A DNA stretch of 64,000 nucleotides from Lingula anatina (lineage: Eukaryota > Animalia > Brachiopoda): assembly GCA_051362555.1 (NCBI GenBank), contig CM120642.1, positions 32,240,001 to 32,304,000 on the forward strand, read 5' to 3'. The notes under the pieces were generated by a model. It saw only the letters and a program-made list of their open reading frames with translations, did no database searches and had not been told where the DNA came from. Positions within the stretch are counted from its first letter, which is position 1, and the number at the start of each line of letters is the position of its first letter. This document shows, piece after piece, positions 27,258-40,200 of this stretch. Both the position numbers and the translations under genes were made by a program.

Positions 27258-28389
27258 CATTTATGCTGTAGCTGCTATCATTGCATTTAACTGTGAGGAA
27301 AAAATTATCTCATATCGTGTTGAAGTGGTCCTGTGATGGCTGTTTTCAGTTGGTCTGAATGCAGTGAGAAAGGGTATATTTTCAGGATTTCCAGTTCTTC
27401 CCAGTTTCACCCATGTAAGACAATTTGCAATATGATGTACTGAAACATGTAAATAAATTCTAAAGAAAGGGGAAGGGGCTTGTTGTAGATGTAGATCTAG
27501 TTCTGTTTTTATAGTTGGAATATGTTTATTTTTATAGAAATAAATGTTTTTATATGAAAGTGTTTTTAGCATGATGTTTAAAACTTTTTTCCAAAGTGGG
27601 AGTGCATAAAAATTGAAAAGGATTCTGAAAAATGTCTGTCAAATAAAAATTCATTTTAAATGTCTTTTCCACAAACCCTTTAAGAGATGGTAAATAAAAA
27701 CCAATCCAATAACAAACAGGAAAATTTATTATAGGTAAATATTTGACTAACAGGTACAAAAATATATTGAATATTATACAAAATTGTGATAACTCCGAAA
27801 TGAATCAAGCAAGTGATGTTTTGAGCTTGACCTGTATTTTCACTAAAACAAACCCAGTAAATTTCTATGAAACAAATTAATTTTGTGTTCAAACCAGTAG
27901 ACGTCTAGCAGCGATGACAACACTGAATGGAAAATGTAATTTTTAGAAAAATGCAACCTTTTAAAAGCATTCTCATAACAAACACATAAAAATAACACTA
28001 GTGATGAACTTATTATTAAGCAGACCTGAAACAACCATGCATTGCACTTCTCTTTTATCCTACATTGGAATCTCTCCATCATTAGGTATTCAAACGTTAG
28101 ATTGTAAATAAACCACAAAAAGCGATGATGCCTCGATTTAAAATGTTAAAAATGTTTGGTGTCCCAGACTCAATTTTAACTATTACAACTTTATACGTAA
28201 GATTGTTGAGCTTTCCTTCCTGAAAACAAAATTAGTCAAGAGGAATCACCTTTAAATATCCACAATCACAGCCAAATTTTGCAACAGCAAGTTTTTCTTG
28301 AGTTTTGTTAATTTGTCATCTTATCAGACAAACACTCAAGTTTTGTTGTATTTGGCTTGCGCCAACCACCTTCCTAGTGGTATGCAGAG

Positions 28390-31300
28390 TCAGTGGACCT
28401 GCAGGTTAAGACCACAGTTTCCCATTCTGTGAATCATCTCACTGAGCTGTGCCAGCCCATTCACCATCCCCTCTCTCCTGCTGTCATTGAGAAAATACAG
28501 CAACAACTTTTCTGGGTGGACATCAGGACCCTGGGCCTCTTTCTACAGGAAAATAACTTGGATAATAGTAATGCAGCCTTCCATACAATGTTTGTTATAC
28601 TATAAGTAAATATATTAACTCTGTACTGTAAAAACTGCACCCACCCATGGGCTGGATGACATATTGGTACATTTACCTTCACATCTTACAACTTTGTCCC
28701 AACTCACAGGGTCTTCAAACACGCCTTTATGAGCTTTCACGCATGTTTTCACTGCAGTATTATAAAAGAAGAATAAGTTTTCTCACATACAATGAAAACT
28801 AAATGGTTTGAAAGAATTTGATCATGCAGAATTTACACCTCAAATAAAGCATGGTAGTTGTTTTACCTTTATATCCAAATAGTCTAAGAAGTGATTTAAT
28901 ACTTGGCAAAATGAGAAAAATTCCTCCGGATGTAGATTGGCTTCAGGAACAGGAACCGACAGGAAACTGAAATACAGAAATGAAATTTTTACAGAAAATG
29001 TTAATATGCTTTATTTCTTTGTCAAATTATAAGAGAATGACCATAAGAGCCTACTGTAGAGCTGGCCTCATAAAATCAACAGGACAAGTAAAAACTGATT
29101 CAAATTCATAGTAAAACCACTGTTGATGAATTTTAAATTAATTTAACATTCATTAATTTTTATAATAATCAAGGTTCAAAATTTAAACCAATTATTTGCT
29201 CTAGTGCAAGACCAGGGAAAAAACGGATCGAGCCAAACAATTAGACAGGATCATAATACACCATCATCATCATACACACACCAACAGTGCAGCCGACTAT
29301 GAGAAAACAGCAACAACATACTTGATGAATTCCATCTTGAGCTCAAGGGACATGGTATACAGTCTTTTCAGCATCTCCACAGCCTGTTCTCTGCTGGGGG
29401 TGGACGGGGACGGCACAGGAATGGGATGGCCACTCAGGACTGTCTCTATAGTTTGGCTGCAATGAAGTAACAGGAATTTTAAAATGAATTTCAGTGACTT
29501 TTGGAAAAGGAAATATGCCACATCTACACATACTGAGTACACACAAACCACACTATTGTATATTTTAGTTCATAGATGGGGTAGGTGACATACTATTTTA
29601 TGAATTATTTCAAAATGATGTAGGTTTACAAAGTTAACTTGGATGAGTTATCAAACTCTCAGATCATAAGAAATAGTGCAAACTTTGTAAACACTTAGTC
29701 TTTGTGTACCAAGAGTAATACAAGGACAGCTGTAGCTAGGCACTGTACAATTCAGAGCACAAGGTGATGCAATTAATAGTTATGAAACTACAGTTACATC
29801 AAAATGTGCTAGTATCCACTGGAAAAATTAATATAACTCAGCACTAACATCTGCATTACCTGTATTCATGAATAGTTTCCCATATACTCTGAAACTTGAA
29901 ATAAATGGCTTGCTCACTTTCTGGATCCAAAACAGACACAGAATGCATTGTGGGAGGTGGTGCAGGCTGCACATGTATCACAGATGAAGACTGAGATGGC
30001 ATATCAATTGTATCCTCTGACGCAGATTCCAATGTCTCCATTAGTTCAACACTTTGTGACAAAACAACATCTTGTCTGTCATTTTCTGGTACTTCCAGGT
30101 AATTTCCATTATTGGAATCATCTAAGCAAGTGTCACGACTTTTGATCAGGTCTTCTAGCTGACTGAGTCCACAGGGTTCCACAGCACCACTCATGACACT
30201 GGAGCATACCGCTGACAGCTCCTCAAGTCTTTGGATGGTTTTTGTTAATTTACCTTCATAACTGGAAAAAAGGTATTCTGAGATCAATTGGTGTTTTGTT
30301 TATTGACAAATGTAAAACACATTTATCTTGGCTGCATAGAACGTGAAGTAATTTTTTTTCTTTTTTAATTTCAATACCAGGTTATGCAAAAGCAATCATG
30401 ATAATACTGTCTAGTAATGACCATTCAAAATGCATATTTTTATTTGATTAGAATTAATATAGATATGGTTAACATCTGGGGAAAGGTATTTAGAACCCCT
30501 CTTTTTAAATGTCCTGTATCTGCATGAGGTTCATTGCAATAGACAGTTTATATTCAAAATGAATGGCTTGTGATATGTACTTACTCTGACTTACTCCTTA
30601 ATTCTTTGCAGAGTTTCAGACTGTCTGACATCAATGTTTTCACCTGATTCAGACTGGGGTTTCTACCTGGAGAACAACAGATACAACATCTTTGTACTCA
30701 AATCAATCTATTCTTGGCCTGCATGCCCATGTAGGAAATAAGGCAATTCATTATAAATTATACTAGTAAGCAATTTGGGCCCTGATACACTAACACTCGG
30801 ACAAACTACAAGCCACTGGGTTCTTATAGAGAAACAGATCAACTCAGTTTAAACAAGTGTCAAATCTTAAAATCTCATAAGTCAAGAGCATAACATACCT
30901 AGAGCACTCTTGAAATATTGCACAAGTTGCTTCACCACCTGAGAAAGCTGCCTGTTCAGAAACATCCCAAACACAGCCATCCAGTGCCTAAAAAACAGGG
31001 AAAAAAACCCCATAAAACTGATTATATTACTATTATCCTTTATATATAATATTTACAATATTCAAACAGAAAAAATTGTTCCAATTCAGTAAACACACCG
31101 GATGCCCACTATTAGGGTTAAGTCAATTATGAAGGCTGACAGCAAGTTGGGGGGAGATCCCAAATTAATTATCCATTTTGAAATATAAATAAAGCACACT
31201 AACTTGTCAATGCACTCCAGAATGTCCCTCAGTGTCCACGGTGGCTTCCTGAGAACTACTTCCTGCCTAGAATAAAAAACAAACAGGTGTCACTTCTCCC

Positions 31301-34300
31301 TCTTATGCATGTACATGTAATGCAATCTTCTAAATTTCTTAAAACAACTTCTATATGTATATAGTACTGCCAATGAAGAGACTGAACACTTGTCAACTGT
31401 GCTTTGACAGCTTTACATCATGAAGCTGGTGACATACGTAAGAAAAAATACATGGGCATGCATGTTTAAAAGATAAGATTTTCCAAAAATCAAACTTTTA
31501 ACTTTAACATCACGAATTGGGAATTTACAAATCTCATGAATCTTCAATTCAAAGTAATAATTTTACCAGATATCACCAAATGCTTCCTTCATCTCTTTTT
31601 CCAGAACAATGCCCAGGGAATCTTTCAGAGTTAACATTACTTCTTGTGTGATATCTTCACTCTGTAAAAAGCAAATCATAAAAATCTTTATATTAATGTA
31701 TCCAAAAGCATGCTGTAACTACATGCACAACAATACTGCTTTTCAAGAAACAATGGAAAGCATCTTGAGCACATTACAACCTGAAATGTCCACCTTAATA
31801 TGACTGACTTTGAATACTGTCTCAAAAGTAAGACTAAACAATTAGTAACAAATACTACAGATATGAAGTATATAAATATAGAAATAGTCTTTTATTTATT
31901 CAAACGACAATGGAGTCATATCATTACCAACTCAAGTTCAAGCTCCTGTCTAGTTTTCTTCTTAGGTGCTACTACAGTTTCAACACAGTTCTGTCTTTGG
32001 ACACTAGATGGTGCTGTAGTAGGCACAGTATTCACTTCATGAGGACTGGCAACATTTACTGGCCCCAGCTGCTCTGCTTCAACTGAGTCACATGAAACAC
32101 ATGCACTGTGATTGTTATATAGGCTCATAAGTACATGTATATTTTCCACATTACTTATCGTCATTAAAATTCTTCTTAGAAGTGAAAAATAGTTGGGATT
32201 TTCTGCCTGTTGCAGGGGCGGATTGAGGCCCTCTTTTGGGTCTTCTGGAAGACGGTCAGAATTTTAAGTTTACATTAATGGGTATCTAATTTTTTCTGTC
32301 GGAAGACACTCAAAAATAGATCAACAAAGATAATTTGGAAGACTGTCAGAAAATATATCTCTGGATCCACCCCTGAACTGAATGACGAAAACTACAATTA
32401 TATAGATCTAATTTATGATACTTACCAGCTGCTACTGTATCAAAAGGTGTTCCTCTGATCTCTTGCTGCATGCCTTCTACAATACCCTGTCTGTTAAAGG
32501 CAGGAAATCCCGTGATCATACACTTTGTACACAGGTTAGTATCATTGGAGAAAACAACTATCTTTGAAGTAGGATCTGAAAAACAGGGCATTTAAATTGA
32601 CCAGCATTGTATTATTTTTTAAAGAAAACATTTTGTGTGTGATATTTCAAACAGGTTTTACAATGGTGGCGGCTATACGTAGTTTATGAATTAAGACTAG
32701 GGTTTCCAAAGCACAGGCTTAGGGAACATCTCAGTATGTAATATACACACCTAATTATTGACATTTTAAATGCCATCTTTATTAAAATGAAATATGATTA
32801 TACTATCCAATACGCATGTTTGCAGACTGCATAATTATATAAGATCATTCAAGACTCCAAGGCATATAAAGTAAGAAAAATATTTTACTATGTGTAGATT
32901 TATCGACTTAGCATTTTCAGCTACAATTTTAGCTCTTTAGATTTGCACTTTCATTCACTGTATAATATCTCTGAATAAACTTACATTGGCATGGTACATC
33001 TTCACTTACATTTTTGTCTGAACTGTAAACAGCACTGCAGCAACCTGTCATCATTATTCTCTATCTTAAAACCTTGAAGATCCTGGGAAGACTGATGTAA
33101 AATAGATGTACAAAGATGTACTGAACACTATAAATACTGAGTATACATTACATAATAAGAAAGACTTGAGCTAATAGACTGTTTTGTTGCTTTGAATGAC
33201 TAAACACAATTTATTGGTCACAATAAAAGGATTTATGTGAGACTTCCAAGGGATAGAGTTGGGATCATATAAAGAGAAGCTCCAGATGTTTGTTCTTTAA
33301 TTATAGACAGGGTGTCTCTTCTTTTAATTAACTCTTTATCTTTAATCACTAACACGTGCCAGGAAGGATGAAGAGATATTATTGCACCATGATTGGACAG
33401 TGCTACTTGGCTTCATTACTATCAGCCAATCATAAGCTGAGGGTACAGTTTCGCCGAGAGCTCAGAACATTCTTTTAGTTGCTCAGGAAAATTCAGACTT
33501 CTTAGAACAGGCCTTATAAACAAATTAGGCATTTCTGGAATCGGGTCTCAGATTTGTGAGCACCAATGCCAAAATTAACAACTTGAGCCACTTTCATATA
33601 TTTCTTTGATAACTTAATGTATCTTTCCTAATTATTGTTCTTCATTTTCAACTTATTTTTTGTTTATTTTATTGTATTGCTAAAATTAATTAACCTAATG
33701 AAAAATGATGTAATACTTACCTCTTGTGGTGTCTGACCTATGAGATGTGGTCGTTTCATCTTAAAACTTTCGTGTAAAAACTTGACTGCTGCATATGCTT
33801 TCCTCTTGATGTTGGTTTCCTACAAATATATAGGATGAATACCGAAGGCTATTCTAGTCTTAATTCTCAACCCGCTCACAAGTATAGGGGACATCTACTA
33901 TTAGTAGATTGCGTTTTTTTAGATAACAAGCTTTTAACTGGGTCGTCATATTTGTTCTGCAGACTATTTAGTCCCCTGTTGTGAACGCAGCCTTTGAACA
34001 CTAACCTTTTTATTGTCCTTCAAATAATCCAGCTCCTGAATGACCACCCAAGGAATCACAAGCACTGGTCTGCCTATCCCTGATCAATAATCATTGTTAG
34101 TATATATTTTAATTACACTAAACCTCTCTAACAATCCCTTCTTTTCCCTTTAATTCAGTTATGCACATACATGTGTGATCAAAATCACATATACATGAAT
34201 TACCTGGCAACTACATTACTAAATACCTTGGCTGCTAAAAAATAAAGACATACATATCTGGAATTCCATTAATTAGAATCTTTTCTAACATATTTCTACT

Positions 34301-36520
34301 CTTACTAGGAAGTGAAAAGTTCTTTGTAATCATAAATGTAAATACCTGGAATGAGGTGTGCTAAGATTTCCTTTACAAACTCCAAATGGCTGAGCAAAAT
34401 GTTTGTGTCAAGCACCATGTATAACTCCTGTTTAATGGAAAATTAAAACTTAATACTGTCATCAGTATCAAAGTACCCAGTGACTCAAATAAGTCAGAAG
34501 CACAGATATACTTAAGAAAGAAATGCTATGATGAAAACAAGATATAAATTCCACTTAACAAATATTATGAAGTTCACATTTTATCTGGAAATTACAAATT
34601 AAATAAAAAATATATATATGCAATAGATGTGTATAGTAATAATAGCCAAAAATGAGTACAGGCAAAATTGAAGTAAAATATACAGACGCAACAGTACATA
34701 ATATGTTATATTTACCGCTTTATCCACAGAGTCTGGCAGCTGCCTGTATAGTACAATACTCTTTAAATCAAAGGGGGAGGAGCCTCTTGGAAGTCTGCCC
34801 TCTGGTGTTGAGCACCTATTGATATCAGGCGACATCTGGTTCAGTGGACAATTTCCTGGAGACACTGCATGGCTTGGTATCTGCATACATTGGGCGTCAA
34901 CTTTTTGAACCTGATTTGTGAAAAGATTATCTTGCATGTGGACATTGCTTTGTGTAAAGATTCCCATTTGATTTGTTTTTACCGAGGTAGACATAGGACT
35001 AGGGTTCCCTAGTGGCACAGGTTTACTGTTCTGGGGTTGTGGCACAAGGGAAGTACTTTCTTTTGGAAAAGAAGAACTGGTGTCAGCACTTTGTGGTTGA
35101 ACAGTATACGGTTTCCCTGATATATCTCTCTTTAGCATTGGATGTGTGACCTCATTCCTATTTGTTTCACTTCTAACCTGGTTTCTGTGTTTTGTGTAGG
35201 GCTTGGTATTAGGTGTAAATGACTTTTGACTGTGCATCTTATTTCTATACACATGGTCAGATCCTGGAGATTCTGATATCTGCTCAGAGCAATTTGGAAC
35301 AGGCTCTAGACTAGAAGTACTAAGATTGGGTTTGGATATGTTTAATGCACGCATAAGACTCTTTCTATGTGATCTGTCAGATACTTTTTGTTCCTCAGCT
35401 GCTACAAGACTCCATGTACCTTTGTTCTTAGGAGTTTCTGAAACAATCCCACCTGCAGATGAAGAACTGACGTCTCCTCTAAGGGGTGTTGGAGAATATT
35501 TCCTTCTCTGTGTCCCTGATGTGTTTGCAGTGGCATCATTCTTAGTGGATACACACCCATGAGGAGTTTTTAATCTTTTATTTACTACCAAACTGTTTAT
35601 TAGATCCAAAGCATTTGCACTAGTCGCAGTACTTGATGAATGCCTTTTGGTTCCCGTTTCAGTGCTTTCACCTTGCTCTTTCTTAGAGACTGATGGACAT
35701 TTTTTAGACTGAGATTCGAATCTTTTCTCATTGTGGGCTCTGTTCCTGGTCACTATTTGTGGGGTGTTTAACAAATTCCCTTGTCCTGCATGAGTGTTGG
35801 CACATGGATCAAAACTTGTCTGTAACGTTTGCTGTGCTGCTTTACTTCTAGGTTTCTTCTTTTTCTTCCTTTTTTTCTTCTTTTGATGTTGCTGAGCTAA
35901 CTTGTCCACCACGGGAGTCTCTGGAGGTCTTGTGCTTGATGAGGCTCCAGGAATCGTTTCAAATTTATGGCTGCTGCAAGCTGCCTAACAATGAGAACCA
36001 CATTTTTGTAAAGAGGCTTGAAATTATATATGATCAATGCAGTGTTATTTGACATGATTAAATTATTCAGTAAAATGCACAGAAGATTAACCCATATTAA
36101 ATCCAGATACTCAGATACTCAGCACTCAATGAATTTTCACCATAGCATTTTATGTGATGCAAAATTTTTAATACAAATGGTCACGCAAGAACAGATTACT
36201 TCTAGGTATGATATTAATTTGATAACAATTTGTTACTAAAAGAAAATGAAATAATTTGATATCATCTAGGCATATATATATAGTCAAATATTTATACGAA
36301 AGTAAGTCAGTCTTAGAATGGACATAAAAGGATATAATTTATTAAAACATAAGATGCCTACTCTCTTTTCCTTCCCCTCCTTTGGTAATTCCCAACAAGA
36401 CTGCCCTGTGGCAATGTTAAAATAATAAACTCTGTTGTGACGGTTGGATATTTTAAATACCCAGCCAGGTGGGAGAGTAACCTCCTCCTGGCTCTTCTCT
36501 TCAGCCCTTCTGTCAGCCAT
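28390..36520 (-). CDS. SWT1: SWT1-like RNA endonuclease (N-terminal WW domain, long disordered region, PIN domain, C-terminal helical domain)
   Basis: Approximate exons: 36362-36520 (WW), 34716-35984, 34346-34427, 34006-34079, 33721-33819, 33010-33091, 32426-32576, 31929-32082, 31567-31661, 31205-31266, 30899-30987, 30595-30666, 29879-30261, 29322-29457, 28867-28966, 28390-28542. PIN motifs MVLDTNILL, VIPWVVIQELD, ENNDDRLLQCC, FSNDTNL. SWT1 signature LEKEMKEAFGDIW...KPPWTL....CIDKHWMAVFG. Basic NLS KKKKRKKKKKPR. Confidence 0.9.
32213..32375. mobile_element. Small PIF/Harbinger-like MITE in an SWT1 intron
   Basis: Inverted ends CAGGGGCGGAT / ATCCACCCCTG (one mismatch) bracketing about 160 bp. 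Confidence 0.5.
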
Positions 36521-36839
36521 GCTGGTCTTCAGGGTCTTCCCCTGTATCTACAGGTAGTGTGCACCTTTTCTCCAGAGCCATTCTGCGAATAAGAACGAAT
36601 TGACTGCTAACAATAAAACTCAAAACATACCAAATAGTACTCGGACAGTGGAACAGTTGAAGTACAAGCATATAAATGTAAACACTACCGCACCAAATCA
36701 CAAACGCCGATATCGCTTCGTTTATACCTTTTTCAATTTACAACTTGATACAAGATTCATGCTGAAATTTTCATAACTTATTCCCTTTAAATTGAAGTTC
36801 TAGAAACAGTGAGAATCCCATAGAATTGGCCCTTACCCT

Positions 36840-37279
36840 GTCCTCAGTTTTGTCGAACGGCTGATGAAAAAGAATATATTTCACAAACGAATATCTAAGT
36901 CTAAGAGACGCAAATTAACTTCCACTACCAGTTCCAGCAGATGACACTTTCCTGCTGTTGCTGCATTTTCACGGTAGAGGGCACTAGGGTAAGAGCAATT
37001 CAATTTATGGTTGTCGTTACCGAAAGCCTCTTAACGTTAACATATATCTCTCTAATATTTGTAGCAATATGTTATGAGTATAAAATTATTCAAAATAAGA
37101 ATTGTCAGAAAAAATTAATAGATTTCCGATCATATAGATACTTTCTCCAACACGTTTTAACCGGAAGTACTTTACCTACAAGAAAAGTGGGTACTTGAAG
37201 ACAATCCATTCGAAGGCCTGAGATGTGGGCAGTGAACGTAGACTAAACGAAAATGGCTTGATGCTTGGTATTTTTCATC
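36840..37279. promoter_or_regulatory. Bidirectional promoter shared by SWT1 and MAN1B1
   Basis: The two ATGs are 760 bp apart. SWT1 has a probable non-coding first exon (donor agg|gtaagg at ~36836, minus strand). ETS/GABP consensus ACCGGAAGT at ~37160 and YY1-like AAAATGGCT at ~37251. Confidence 0.55.
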
Positions 37280-40200
37280 ATGTGGTCTTCAGTTGATCGT
37301 AAAGACTACACTGCCATATCGCTTGGTAACCCATATGGGCATTATGACAACAGCAAGCAAGTCAGGAGTGCTTCTTTATGGAGGGTAGGTGTTTCACATA
37401 ATTTTGTCCCTTCTAGTAGTAGTAGTACTACTAACTCCCCGCAAATGTTCCGCACAACCGTGGCCGATTGTGAAGTCGTGGCCGATTGTGAAGATATCTG
37501 AATTAAAACCATGCATCTGCAGTAAAAAGATATGTTCTGTATGTTGCTTTTGCTTTGATTATAGATTATTGATTAAATTAACGCCAAAAAAAATTTGATC
37601 AATTTTCACCATTCATTGTTAATAGAACTATTCACCCACCGGGCTCACAAGCAAGCTGGGTCAGACCTAGTTTGTTTTCTGTTAAAACTACTGATCTTTG
37701 TGTGTTTTCTGGGTTATGCATTGCCCAAATTAAAGCTGTAGAAAAATGCTCCTTGTTCATTAGCTTTATTACCAGTTCAAACAAAAGCAAGTAAACAGTA
37801 AATATTATAGGTCAAATAATGATATGTTGCATCAAATATTCAGCAGCTGATTATCCTACCACCTGTCAAGTTTTATAAGATACTCTGGGTGCATACATTG
37901 AAGATTAGCCTCAAGAGACATGACATAAAAGATGAAATCTTTGTGTTATATTTTCCTTCTTAATATTGTAGCAATGGAATCATCTCTCAAGACTGCAGAG
38001 GAGTGTGGTATGGCTGATAGTTATACTTGGAGCTTTGTCCTGCCTCTACTTGGTGCCATCCATGCTACAGGATAGAGATGAATTAGACAAACTTTCCAAG
38101 AAGCCCTGGCATAAAGATGACGTTAGGGCAGGTGATTTGAATCGGCAGAAGGAGATTAAAGGGCCTAACCTTGAAGAATTGAAGAGAAGAGCTAAAAAGC
38201 AACTTGAGGAAGAAAAAGTAAGTTTCTTTTATGTATATTACATCTAGAAGGTAGAAATAACAGCAAATTGCAATTTGTCACATACTGTTGGCTAATGAGC
38301 CACATAGGATTGCCCTTCCTGCAAAAAAGTTTTGATAATATTTATTTTATATCATCCCTGTGAAAGTCTCAGTATGGCGCTTCCAATATCAGTTGTTTAT
38401 TCATAATTCAAACATCGTAACTGTATCTACCAGTTTACCACAGTTTTTCTACAAATTCCATTTTAATTTCTTCACACTGACAGAAAACAACTTTGAAGAT
38501 TAAAAAAAAGGGTCCTCCGGGAAAAAGACTGCATGATGGCAGCTTACAGGCACCAGGGGGTCCTAGAGATGGAGATAAAGGACAAGATAACCAACAGCAT
38601 GCCCCACCTGGAGAACAAAATGTAGTGCTCACACCTGTGAAGGTAACATATTATTACATGGTGCATTTCAGTTTTTAAAACCCATAGCTTATGGTCATGT
38701 TTGCATTAAGTGTTTAAAATATGTCCCAGGGTTAAACTGTTGGGGATGGAGATTTTTCGAGAAATGTTACTGAATATTATAATATTGAGACATTATTCAA
38801 AACTAGAAAGACTGCAATGCCTTGTGGCTATATAAATGTGCATTGGTTAAATAAATTTATGATTACAAGAAAAAAGTGTCCTGTTAAAATAATTATTTCA
38901 TTTTGAACTGCCATTTTTATACTTGACACAGAAATGGTATGCCTATTTTAAATGGGAGGATATTGCATTTATTTAGTTACTAGTAAGTATGTAGTTAATG
39001 TAAAATATACAATGATTTATTGAAATATTTGGAGGTAATACCTTACAATATCTCATTGGTCTTGATTAGTAGAATATTAACCATGATTTGCATCTATTTT
39101 TAATGTTTCAAGGACAAAAAGGAAGCTGATACTAATGATGTTAAAGGCAAAGTTGAAGCCAAATATGTCTCTCCTGCCCCAGTGCAAACTGATGGAGATC
39201 CCTTCTCTGGTGAGACTTAAAACTTTCAGAGTGATTCTAAGTAGCTTTGATGTAATAATACACAAATCCAGATTTAAAAATGATGTTAATACTGTAAAAA
39301 ATTCCAATTATTTGTTTGTCATGGTTATCTTATGTTCTTCTTTTGTTAATTTCTTAGTATTTTTATTTCTTAGGGCGTATACAGAACACCCACTTGAAAG
39401 TTTGCCCCATAATTCTCTGATAGACACTGAATAGATTCCCTGTGAATCAAGTAGGTCAGCCATATTCGATCCGGGGATCTGTTAGTCCACGGGTCAATAT
39501 TGGTTGTGAATGTGGCTTTAGTTGAGGGTAAATTAATCGACACCTTTATTGTGGTTTATTCAAGGTCCTAAAAACAATCAGCAGAAAGCAGTGGTCGATG
39601 CATTCAGACATGCCTGGAAAGCTTACAAGAAGTATGCCTGGGGTCACGACCAGCTGAGACCCATTTCTAAAGATTTTGAAGAGTGGTTTGGTGTTGGACT
39701 TACTCTCATTGATTCTTTGGACACAATGTATATTATGGGATTAAAAGAAGGTGAGTGGAGTTATTTTTCACCACATTGAGTTTTTTTTTTTTTTTTTTGT
39801 TCTAGCCATATTAACATGATAGGCATGAGCTTTTTCCGTGAAAACGCAGAATTCTGCATTTTTTAATTCAAATCTAAGTCTCATGTCTGCATTACTAATG
39901 AAACCCTGCTCTTAACATTTTTTTTTCAGAATTCAAGGAGGCCAGAGACTGGGTTGCCAATGAAATGTCCCTTGATGTGAACCGGGATGTCAACCTGTTT
40001 GAGTGCACTATTCGAGTTCTTGGTGGATTTCTCAGTGCTTATCATCTGACAAAGGACCAGATGTTTTTAGATAAAGCTGTGAGTGGTATAGTCAGCATTT
40101 CCTTATCTCAGTTATTTCTGTGAATGTGCTATAGCAATGTGAGACCATGAGTTTTTTCTTCTGATTTAAATGTTTACTAGAACTTTTTTCATTTTAATCT

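Noticed and set aside
28677-28751. Extra SWT1 exon (cag|TGAAAACA...GAAG|gtaaat)
   Set aside because: Its open frame is phase 1-1, whereas the flanking exons join in phase 0. Inclusion would introduce an immediate stop.
39370-39545. GC-balanced intronic segment in MAN1B1 as a tRNA, SINE or snoRNA
   Set aside because: I could not identify a cloverleaf, convincing A/B boxes, or C/D or H/ACA box pairs.
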